Positions 20,037 through 27,665 of a stretch of DNA of 32,000 nucleotides are shown here, piece after piece. The number at the start of each line of letters is the position of its first letter. The stretch's first letter is position 1. A program made the position numbers and the translations under genes. The stretch comes from Acholeplasma laidlawii PG-8A (lineage in GTDB: Bacteria > Bacillota_I > Bacilli_A > Acholeplasmatales > Acholeplasmataceae): assembly GCF_000018785.1 (NCBI RefSeq), contig NC_010163.1:900001-932000 (forward strand), given 5' to 3'. The notes below the pieces were generated by a model. The model saw only the letters and a list, made by a program, of their open reading frames with translations, was not told where the DNA came from and ran no database searches.

Positions 20037-20093
20037 TAAAAATCCTTTTGGTAGACAATCTCAAACTTGAGATCTTACCAAAAGGATTTTTTT
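20037..20093. terminator. Bidirectional intrinsic terminator, two-tier hairpin
   Basis: AAAAATCCTTTTGGTA ... TACCAAAAGGATTTTT outer stem and ATCTCAA-AC-TTGAGAT inner stem. Confidence 0.93.
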
Positions 20094-20094
20094 A

Positions 20095-22113
20095 TTAAAC
20101 GTTTTCTATTTTAACATTCATTTGTGATTTATAGATGTGAGCATATTGCTTATCAAGTTCCAGCAACTGATCATGTGTGCCTTCTTCTACCTTAAAACCA
20201 TTATCTAATACTACAATTTTATTTGCATGCTTAATTGTAGACAATCTATGCGCAATGACAATTGTTGTACGTCCTTCTTTGACCTTATTAAGGGCTGTTT
20301 GAATAAGACTTTCAGTTTCAGTATCAATATTAGCTGTAGCCTCATCCATAATTAAGATAGCAGGGTTATGAATTACTGCTCTAGCAAAGCTAATTAATTG
20401 TTTTTCCCCAACAGATAAATTACTTCCACCTCTATAAAGTGGTTGATGAATACCTTCTGGTAGTTTATCTATCATAGGTCCACCACCAATTTCTCGAAGT
20501 ACGCTTTCTACTTCTTCATCCGTGACATCTTGGCCAAATTTAACATTACTTGCTATAGTACCTTTATAGATCATTGGATCTTGTAAAATCATACCAATAT
20601 GGTTTCTATAAGTACGTTTAGAGTAAGACTGGATATCTACACCATCAATATAGATTTTACCTGAATCACCATCTTTAAAGTCATAAAATCTTAGTAATAG
20701 ATTCATCATTGTTGATTTACCACTACCTGTATGTCCTACAATACCTACCATAGAACCTTCTTCAATATTAAGACTTACATTTTTTAATACAGGGGCATCT
20801 TTTGAATAGGCAAAGGTGATATCTTCAAATTCGATTTTACCTTTAAATCTTTCAATTTCTTCAAAACTATCATCTTCTTGCTCAGCATCAATGATTGTAA
20901 ATATACGGTCTGTTCTTACAAGAGCTAGTTGTAAATTACCAAACTCTCTAAATAACACACCAACCGGTTCCATCAAACGAGATAGGAAGTCATTGTATGC
21001 ATAAATTGTACCTGCAGTCATGACGTATGTACCTACAGTTAAGCTTTGGAATCCAAAATAAGCAACAATAAATGCAGTAACTAAAAATCCAAGTAAACGA
21101 ATCATATTCCAACCAATCGATAAGTGAAGTCTTTGTTCTTTGAGTTGTTCACTTCTAAATATATTGGATGTGACTTCAAATTCTTTTTCTGTTTGTTCTT
21201 GGTAGTTAAAGATTTGAAGCACGTTAATACCATTTATAATTTCATTTAACTGTGCAGTAATCATGGAAGCAGATTCGGATACTTTTTGAGCAATCTCATT
21301 TAAATTTCTAATAAATACCTTTAACCATATATAGATTAATGGGAATAAAATAAATGTAAATAGTGCAAGTGTTGAATCTAAATAGAACATTCCAATGTAT
21401 GCAAATATAACGGATAAGAATGAATTAAATACTAAATTCATCAAAGTTGAAAATAAATTGATCATACCATTGACGTCTGTAATAATACGGTTTGCTATTT
21501 TACCAGCTGGTTCGTACTCAAAATAAGACATCGGCATATTTTGAAGTGCTTTAACTGCATCTTTTCTTGCATCTCTAACAACATTTGTTGTAATGAAGGC
21601 TGTTGTAATACGTTGGATAAATAGAAATAGTATATGAAATACATATCTAAGGATTAATAAACCTAATAGGATGAAGATAGGTTGTAGGAATGGTGCATAA
21701 AAACTACTCACTTCACCACCTGTTAGAATTTGTGCAGTATATACAACTTTATCACCTTCAAAAGTTGTAATTGTTAATTGCCCTTCTGTTTCAGTAGTTG
21801 CAACAAATTGTTGATTTCCAGAGACGATTTCATCAAAAATAGCTAAGTATTTCCCATTTACAATAACAATCGTTAATGGTGCACCTTCATTTGCGTCTTG
21901 AGTATAGTAATTTCCTTGATATGCCACTTTAGAACTATCTGTAGTCTCATACCACTGTTTAGTAATTCCTACTAATTGATCATCTAAAATAGAACGAACG
22001 ATGAGTGGTGCTAAGAGTCCAAGCATTTGGACAATGAGCATACTAATGATTGAAATAGTTAATAACTTTTTATAGCGTCTAATATAACGCCAAACTTTTT
22101 TAAATTGTTTCAT
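20095..22113 (-). CDS. ABC exporter half-transporter, BmrD/YheH-like, with extracellular insertion between TM1 and TM2
   Basis: TMD-NBD architecture; Walker A GHTGSGKST, signature LSVGEKQ, Walker B ILIMDEATANID; 672 aa; about 85 extra residues after TM1. Confidence 0.93.
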   Translation of the reverse strand: MKQFKKVWRYIRRYKKLLTISIISMLIVQMLGLLAPLIVRSILDDQLVGITKQWYETTDSSKVAYQGNYYTQDANEGAPLTIVIVNGKYLAIFDEIVSGNQQFVATTETEGQLTITTFEGDKVVYTAQILTGGEVSSFYAPFLQPIFILLGLLILRYVFHILFLFIQRITTAFITTNVVRDARKDAVKALQNMPMSYFEYEPAGKIANRIITDVNGMINLFSTLMNLVFNSFLSVIFAYIGMFYLDSTLALFTFILFPLIYIWLKVFIRNLNEIAQKVSESASMITAQLNEIINGINVLQIFNYQEQTEKEFEVTSNIFRSEQLKEQRLHLSIGWNMIRLLGFLVTAFIVAYFGFQSLTVGTYVMTAGTIYAYNDFLSRLMEPVGVLFREFGNLQLALVRTDRIFTIIDAEQEDDSFEEIERFKGKIEFEDITFAYSKDAPVLKNVSLNIEEGSMVGIVGHTGSGKSTMMNLLLRFYDFKDGDSGKIYIDGVDIQSYSKRTYRNHIGMILQDPMIYKGTIASNVKFGQDVTDEEVESVLREIGGGPMIDKLPEGIHQPLYRGGSNLSVGEKQLISFARAVIHNPAILIMDEATANIDTETESLIQTALNKVKEGRTTIVIAHRLSTIKHANKIVVLDNGFKVEEGTHDQLLELDKQYAHIYKSQMNVKIENV

Positions 22114-22121
22114 ATAGACAC

Positions 22122-23855
22122 CTATTTCATTTTCATTTGTTGGTCATATTGAGCTTTGTACCAACCATCTTTTTGAATTAATTCTTCATGTGTTCCGATT
22201 TCAGAAATACGCCCTTTATCCATAACGATAATTTGATTAGCTTCTCTAATTGCTGAAAAACGGTGTGCAACAATGATATTTGTATTACCTGAACGATAAG
22301 TTTTAAGTTGTTTTAATATGGTTTCTTCCGTGTTTGCATCGACTGCTGAAAGTGAGTCATCTAAGATTAATATTTCAGGGTCTCTGATGATTGCTCTGGC
22401 AATCGATAGTCTTTGCTTTTGACCACCAGATAGTGTTGTTCCACCTTCACCTACACGTGTTTGAAGACCGTTTGTTAAAAATCCGATATCTTTTTCAAAG
22501 TCTGCTATTTTAATTGCTAAATTTAATTGATCAATACTTGCATCAGGATTACCAATCATGATATTTTCTGTTACTTTTCTTCTAAATAACATATGTGTTT
22601 GAGGTACATAACCAACAATCTTTCTTAAACTCTTAATGTTATATCGTTTAATACTTTTATTATCAATAACAATATCACCTTCTGTGACATTAAACTCTCT
22701 TAAAAGTTGTCTAACTAGTGTAGTTTTACCTGAACCAGTAGGTCCAACAACACCAATTGTCTCACCTTTTCTAATCACTAGATTAATATCTTCTAATGTA
22801 TAACGTTCATCTAATGGATATTTAAAAGCCACATTCTTGAATTCAATCTTTTTAAAGTCAATAATTGGTTCAGGAATATCTTCATTTTTAACTTTTGGGT
22901 CCACCTTCATAATTTCATCAAAACGGTCAATGGCAACAGTGGCATTGTTGATATGTTGAAATACACCTGATATAGATATAATCGGACCATATAAAATACC
23001 AATATATGAAATAAAGATGATTAACTCACCAAGAGTCATCTTTTGATAAATAATGAAAAGTGCACCAAATACAAAGGCTAAGATATAGGCAATTGCATAT
23101 ACAGATTCAAATAAAGGTGCTAGTCTATTTTCATAATTAATTATATAGCGCCATGATTTAATATCTTCATCAATCGTTTTATGTTGTTGTTTTAAATCGT
23201 TTGCTTCTTGGACATAAGCACGAATAGTTTTTTGACCTTCTACAGACTCTAAAATCTTTTCAGTCATATTTGCATAGATTTCTCTATGTATTTTAATATA
23301 CCCTCTTTTTCTCACGCGGATCATATTTAGTATAGTAATACCAATTGGCATGACAGTGACTGAAATAAGGGTTAATTCCCAGGAGATTGTAAAGGTCATA
23401 ACACCAATAGCAAACATAATGATACCGATATTAAAAATAATACCTTCAAGCACTGATGTTGCAGCCATGGTAATCATATCTAAATCAGCTGTTGCTCTAG
23501 ATATTAAGTCACCTTTTTGAAATCTTTCATAAAACTCTGCATCCATCTCAAAGAGTTTTTTTAGATATATTTTTCTAAATTCAAAAGCTAACTTTTGAGC
23601 TGTTTTAGCAGATGTATAGTTATAGATAAATGATATTAAATATCTAAAAATAGGTATTAATATGAGTGCACCAACAATAAAAGATAGACTCATCCAAGTC
23701 AACCCTTTTGATACAATCACATCAATTGCAATACCCAATACATATGCTGGAGTTAATGCTAGAACCGCGATGATGATGAGGTAAATAAACATCATCGTAT
23801 AACTTTTCCACTCTTTTTTTAAGAACCAACCGGTTTTTCTAATTATGTTTATCAT
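22122..23855 (-). CDS. ABC exporter half-transporter, BmrC/YheI-like
   Basis: Walker A GPTGSGKTT, LSGGQKQR, Walker B ILILDDSLSAVD. The start is revised from TTG 23906 to ATG 23855 (MINIIRKTGWFLKKEW), preceded by an RBS-like TAGGTGGG. Confidence 0.92.
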   Translation of the reverse strand: MINIIRKTGWFLKKEWKSYTMMFIYLIIIAVLALTPAYVLGIAIDVIVSKGLTWMSLSFIVGALILIPIFRYLISFIYNYTSAKTAQKLAFEFRKIYLKKLFEMDAEFYERFQKGDLISRATADLDMITMAATSVLEGIIFNIGIIMFAIGVMTFTISWELTLISVTVMPIGITILNMIRVRKRGYIKIHREIYANMTEKILESVEGQKTIRAYVQEANDLKQQHKTIDEDIKSWRYIINYENRLAPLFESVYAIAYILAFVFGALFIIYQKMTLGELIIFISYIGILYGPIISISGVFQHINNATVAIDRFDEIMKVDPKVKNEDIPEPIIDFKKIEFKNVAFKYPLDERYTLEDINLVIRKGETIGVVGPTGSGKTTLVRQLLREFNVTEGDIVIDNKSIKRYNIKSLRKIVGYVPQTHMLFRRKVTENIMIGNPDASIDQLNLAIKIADFEKDIGFLTNGLQTRVGEGGTTLSGGQKQRLSIARAIIRDPEILILDDSLSAVDANTEETILKQLKTYRSGNTNIIVAHRFSAIREANQIIVMDKGRISEIGTHEELIQKDGWYKAQYDQQMKMK

Positions 23856-23900
23856 ACAAGCCCACCTAAAACTTTTCTCTATATCTATTATAAAATAATA

Positions 23901-23931
23901 AAACAAAAAGTGGTGATAGTTTCACCACTTT
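23901..23931 (-). terminator. Intrinsic terminator downstream of recA
   Basis: AAAGTGGTGA-TAGTT-TCACCACTTT stem; T run on the minus-strand 3' side. Confidence 0.9.
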
Positions 23932-23963
23932 GTTCAATATAATTCTATTTTGTGTAAATTATT

Positions 23964-24959
23964 CTATTTTGTTAATTTAAAATGCGTTCTAACCTTTTTT
24001 TCTAACTCGTTTAGAAGTTCTGGTTTATCTTCTAAATATTGTTTTGCATTGTCACGACCTTGGCCAAGTTTTTCTTCACCAATGTTATACCATGCACCAC
24101 TTTTATTAACTAAATTAAGTTCTACTGAAAGGTCAAGTACTTCACCACTTCTAGAAATACCAGTACCATACATAATATCAATAGATGCTGTTTTTAGTGG
24201 TGGTGCCACTTTAGATTTAACAACTTTCACATTTGATTTAATACCTATCATCTCACTACCTTGTTTAATCGCTTCAGCACGTCTAATTTCTAATCTCACT
24301 GATGAGAAGAATTTAAGTGCACGACCACCCGGGGTTGTTTCTGGGTTACCAAACATCACGCCAACTTTTTCTCTAATTTGATTGATGAAAATTGCTACAA
24401 CATTTGATTTTGAGATAACGCCTGACATTTTGCGCATAGCCTGTGACATCATTCTTGCTTGTAAGCCTACATGGTTTGCAGACATATCACCAGCAATTTC
24501 AGCTTCTGGTACTAAAGCCGCTACAGAGTCTATGACGATCATATCAATAGATCCACTCTTAATTAGAGCCTCAGCTATATCAAGTGCTTGTTCACCTGTA
24601 TCTGGTTGAGATAACACTAAATTATCTATATCCACACCTAGTGCTTTTGCATAATTTGGATCAAGTGCGTGCTCAGCATCGATAAACGCTACTGTACCAC
24701 CTTGCTTTTGTGCACTTGCCATAGCATGTAAAGTAAGTGTTGTCTTACCACTTGACTCAGGTCCATAAACTTCAATAATTCTTCCTCTAGGATAACCACC
24801 AATACCTAATGCTATATCTAATGCTATAGAACCAGATGGAATTGCTTCTATTGAATGGTCAGCACCATCACCTAATTTCATAATCGACCCTTTACCAAAT
24901 TGTTTTTCAATTTGTTTAAGGGCTAATTCTAGTGCTTGTTGTTTTTTATTATCGCTCAT
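23964..24959 (-). CDS. recA: Recombinase RecA
   Basis: [59 protein letters not shown]. Confidence 0.99.
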   Translation of the reverse strand: MSDNKKQQALELALKQIEKQFGKGSIMKLGDGADHSIEAIPSGSIALDIALGIGGYPRGRIIEVYGPESSGKTTLTLHAMASAQKQGGTVAFIDAEHALDPNYAKALGVDIDNLVLSQPDTGEQALDIAEALIKSGSIDMIVIDSVAALVPEAEIAGDMSANHVGLQARMMSQAMRKMSGVISKSNVVAIFINQIREKVGVMFGNPETTPGGRALKFFSSVRLEIRRAEAIKQGSEMIGIKSNVKVVKSKVAPPLKTASIDIMYGTGISRSGEVLDLSVELNLVNKSGAWYNIGEEKLGQGRDNAKQYLEDKPELLNELEKKVRTHFKLTK

Positions 24960-25016
24960 AAACTAATCATTCCTCCTATAGTATAGTAGTGTAAAAATGT
25001 CTGTTTGACTTTTATT

Positions 25017-25604
25017 TTATACACTTTCTAATATGATCTCTCTATTTTTATATAAATAATCAAATCCAGACCAAACCGTGAAGAATATTGCTATATAATA
25101 AACAATATTGGTCACCCACACTAAATTAGGATGGATAAGTGTTAAACCAAAATCATTAAATAAAAACATAATGATTGCTAACATTGTGGTTAAAGTCTTA
25201 TATTTGCCTAAGTGACTTGCTGCAATCACTTTGCCATGTTCTACCGCAATGAGTCGAACACCTGTAACTAAAAATTCTCTTACGATGATAACCATTACAC
25301 CCCATATAGCTACTCTATCAGGCATTTGAACCATTAAATAAAGCAGTGCTGTAAAGACTAAAACTTTATCTGCAATCGGGTCTAAAAACTTGCCGAACGT
25401 CGTAATTTGGTTATACTTTCGCGCTATATAGCCATCAAGGAAGTCTGTTAGACTCGCTAGAATGAATAGCCCAGCAAAAATAATTTGCTGTACTGTCATG
25501 TTTAAAAATGCAGTATCGATCACAAGTGCATCAATGTATAATACTGTAATCATGACTGGTATTAATAATATTCTTAAGATTGTTAATTTATTTGCTGTTG
25601 TCAT
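25017..25604 (-). CDS. pgsA: CDP-diacylglycerol--glycerol-3-phosphate 3-phosphatidyltransferase
   Basis: CDP-alcohol phosphatidyltransferase motif LTDFLDGYIARKYNQITTFGKFLDPIADK. The start is revised from 25616 to 25604 (MTTANKLTILRI), using the GAGGG RBS that the longer ORF would translate. Confidence 0.94.
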   Translation of the reverse strand: MTTANKLTILRILLIPVMITVLYIDALVIDTAFLNMTVQQIIFAGLFILASLTDFLDGYIARKYNQITTFGKFLDPIADKVLVFTALLYLMVQMPDRVAIWGVMVIIVREFLVTGVRLIAVEHGKVIAASHLGKYKTLTTMLAIIMFLFNDFGLTLIHPNLVWVTNIVYYIAIFFTVWSGFDYLYKNREIILESV

Positions 25605-25648
25605 ATTTTCCCTCATCTCATTTATTTTATCATAAATATGATTTCTTA

Positions 25649-25677
25649 TTGCATTTATTAGATTGTTTTGGTAAAAT
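25649..25677 (+). promoter_or_regulatory. Candidate rpsT promoter
   Basis: TTGCAT-N17-TAAAAT just upstream of AGGAGG and the GTG start. Confidence 0.75.
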
Positions 25678-25705
25678 GATATGTGCTTATTTAGGAGGTG
25701 AATTT

Positions 25706-25966
25706 GTGGCTAATATTAAATCCCAAATCAAACGTAACTTAACGAACGAAAAACGTCATCAAGCAAACGTTTCATTTAAATCATCATACAAAACTGCTGT
25801 TAAAGCTGTTGAAAAAGCTGTAGAAGCTAAAGATAAAGATCTTGCACTAGCTAAATTGTCATTTGCACATAAAAAGTTAGATAAAGGGCAAGCTAAAGGA
25901 ATTTTCCACAAGAACTTTGTTGCGCGTAATAAATCTGCGTTAGCAAGACTCGTAAACTCCTTATAA
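25706..25966 (+). CDS. rpsT: 30S ribosomal protein S20
   Basis: GTG start 25706 after AGGAGG: (V/M)ANIKSQIKRNLTNEKRHQANVSFKSSYKTAVKAVEKAV...; ends KSALARLVNSL. The upstream part of the 128-aa ORF is spurious. Confidence 0.97.
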   Translation: MANIKSQIKRNLTNEKRHQANVSFKSSYKTAVKAVEKAVEAKDKDLALAKLSFAHKKLDKGQAKGIFHKNFVARNKSALARLVNSL

Positions 25967-25969
25967 TAG

Positions 25970-25989
25970 ACACCTAAATGGTGTTTTTT
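25970..25989 (+). terminator. Short intrinsic terminator of rpsT, overlapping the 3' end of the convergent exonuclease gene
   Basis: ACACC-TAAAT-GGTGT followed by a T run. Confidence 0.65.
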
Positions 25990-26657
25990 ATTACCCTTTT
26001 TTCGATTTCGCGGTAACCATTAAAGCCTTGTGCTACTAATTCAATATGTTTTTTAAAATACGTTCTATCTGGTAGACCGTATTTTTTATTATAGCCTAAC
26101 ACATTCACATATAGTTTTAAATTGTTTTCTTCACTTGCTAAGCAATCTAAAACTTTAAATGTAGCTTTAGCATCCTCACTCGCTCTATGCGCTTGGTTAT
26201 TTGATAATTCAAATCTTGCTACTGCATTTTCAAGTTTATGTGGGTATGGATATCTATCTTTATACACTGCCATACAGTCTAAGATATCATTTTGTATTTT
26301 ATAGTTATGTGCCACATACGTTTGATAGAGTGCACTTAAAAAACCAATGTCAAATGCTAGGTTATATGCTACTAATAGTGTATCTTCATCGATTAGATTA
26401 TCCAGTTGTCTGAATGCATACTCTTCTTCAACACCATCACGCGCTAACATCTCATTAGTTATGCCTGTAAGATTAGAAATAAAATCTGTAATTGGTGTTT
26501 GTTGTTTAATGAGATAATCAATTTCTTGAACAATCTCATAGGTATCACCTATTTTTTCGAGTAATACCGCACCAACTTCTATGACTTTATCTCTTTTTGG
26601 TGTAAGTCCTGTTGTTTCAAAGTCAAACACGAGTATTTTTTTATATTCTAGTTTCAT
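25974..26657 (-). CDS. DnaQ-like 3'-5' exonuclease (DEDDh)
   Basis: VFDFETTGLTPKRDKVIEVGAV, AYNLAFDIGFL, NQAHRASEDAKATFKVL. Confidence 0.93.
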   Translation of the reverse strand: MKLEYKKILVFDFETTGLTPKRDKVIEVGAVLLEKIGDTYEIVQEIDYLIKQQTPITDFISNLTGITNEMLARDGVEEEYAFRQLDNLIDEDTLLVAYNLAFDIGFLSALYQTYVAHNYKIQNDILDCMAVYKDRYPYPHKLENAVARFELSNNQAHRASEDAKATFKVLDCLASEENNLKLYVNVLGYNKKYGLPDRTYFKKHIELVAQGFNGYREIEKRVIKNTI

Positions 26658-27601
26658 GCCAACCTCCTTAGTAATAGTAATTCAAAACCTAATTTTTCAT
26701 CTTTTATACCACTTTTAATTTCTACATCTAGTTTAGCTAATCCATGAATAAGAGTCTCTAAATCTTTTTTACTTTGTAACTTTGCTTCTTTCATGAGGTG
26801 ATATGCTCTACCACTAGATACACCTAATTGTTCAGCTAGTGTTTTTTGATTTAAGCCTTGTTCCATTAAATCTTTAGTTTGCATTATTAAGTGCATCGTA
26901 TTAAATAAATGATTAAAGATTGTGATTGTAGGCATTTTATTTGTGACTAAATCATCATAAATTTGCATATAAGACTTAATATTACCTTTTAAGTATGCAG
27001 TAGAAAAAGAAAAAATATTGTCTTCTAGGTTTCTAGTCACTAAAAGATCTACATCTTCTACAAAAACAATTTTTTCATCATATGCATACATTTTAATTTT
27101 ACTAATTTCTTGGTGAATACTAAAAAGATCATTTTGTGTACGTTCAATAATAAGTTGTATACTCTTATCTTCTATTTGATATCCTTCCTTATGAAATGAC
27201 TCTCTAATATAAGAAATTAGGGTTTCACCTTCTAAGGATTGTATTGTTTCAATAAATGTATACTTTTCAAGATAACTACCTAAATTATGATCCTTTGGTA
27301 GTTCTGTAATTGTTAAGATTAAAACAATATCACTACTTGGTGATTCTAAATATTTGTAGAAAGTAGATAGCACCTTGTCATCATATCTTGTTAAACCATC
27401 TAAGTGTTCAATGACAACCATTTTTAAATCACTAAAAAAAGAAACGGTTTGAAGTTCTTGATTAATGACTTCAATTTCAGTTTCTAATGCATCTAATTTA
27501 ACAATGTTAAACTGGTCAAGTTTAAATTTATCTTGATATGTTTTTATCTGTTCATTTATTAAAAAAGCTGATTGACCAACTAATAAATATGTGGATTCCA
27601 T
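26654..27601 (-). CDS. holA: DNA polymerase III subunit delta
   Basis: HolA-type sequence (YLLVGQSAFLINEQIKTYQ..., LAEQLGVSSGRAYHLMKEAK, LELLLLRRLA) and location beside comEC and near rpsT. Confidence 0.9.
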   Translation of the reverse strand: MESTYLLVGQSAFLINEQIKTYQDKFKLDQFNIVKLDALETEIEVINQELQTVSFFSDLKMVVIEHLDGLTRYDDKVLSTFYKYLESPSSDIVLILTITELPKDHNLGSYLEKYTFIETIQSLEGETLISYIRESFHKEGYQIEDKSIQLIIERTQNDLFSIHQEISKIKMYAYDEKIVFVEDVDLLVTRNLEDNIFSFSTAYLKGNIKSYMQIYDDLVTNKMPTITIFNHLFNTMHLIMQTKDLMEQGLNQKTLAEQLGVSSGRAYHLMKEAKLQSKKDLETLIHGLAKLDVEIKSGIKDEKLGFELLLLRRLA

Positions 27602-27665
27602 AGATTACCTCACTTACATCATATTATACAATTTTTTGGTAGTTTTTGAAACTCTAAACGGAAAA

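Noticed and set aside
14678-23906. Possible defence or secretion island
   Set aside because: No nuclease, toxin-antitoxin, integrase, CRISPR or NTPase-effector signatures; the contents are an exporter, housekeeping RNA/DNA genes and two orphan membrane proteins.
23942-23972. Two copies of ATTCTATTTTGT spaced by 19 bp at the recA 3' end
   Set aside because: Only two copies of an AT-rich 12-mer; most likely a slippage duplication, not a CRISPR or iteron array.
23950-24381. 143-aa plus-strand ORF antisense to recA (and 24382-24609, 75 aa)
   Set aside because: Lies wholly opposite conserved recA sequence, lacks an RBS and recognisable protein features; a shadow of codon bias.
27605-27665. AGTTT-TTG-AAACT small inverted repeat between holA and comEC
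   Set aside because: 5-bp AT-rich stem; not distinguishable from background in this composition.
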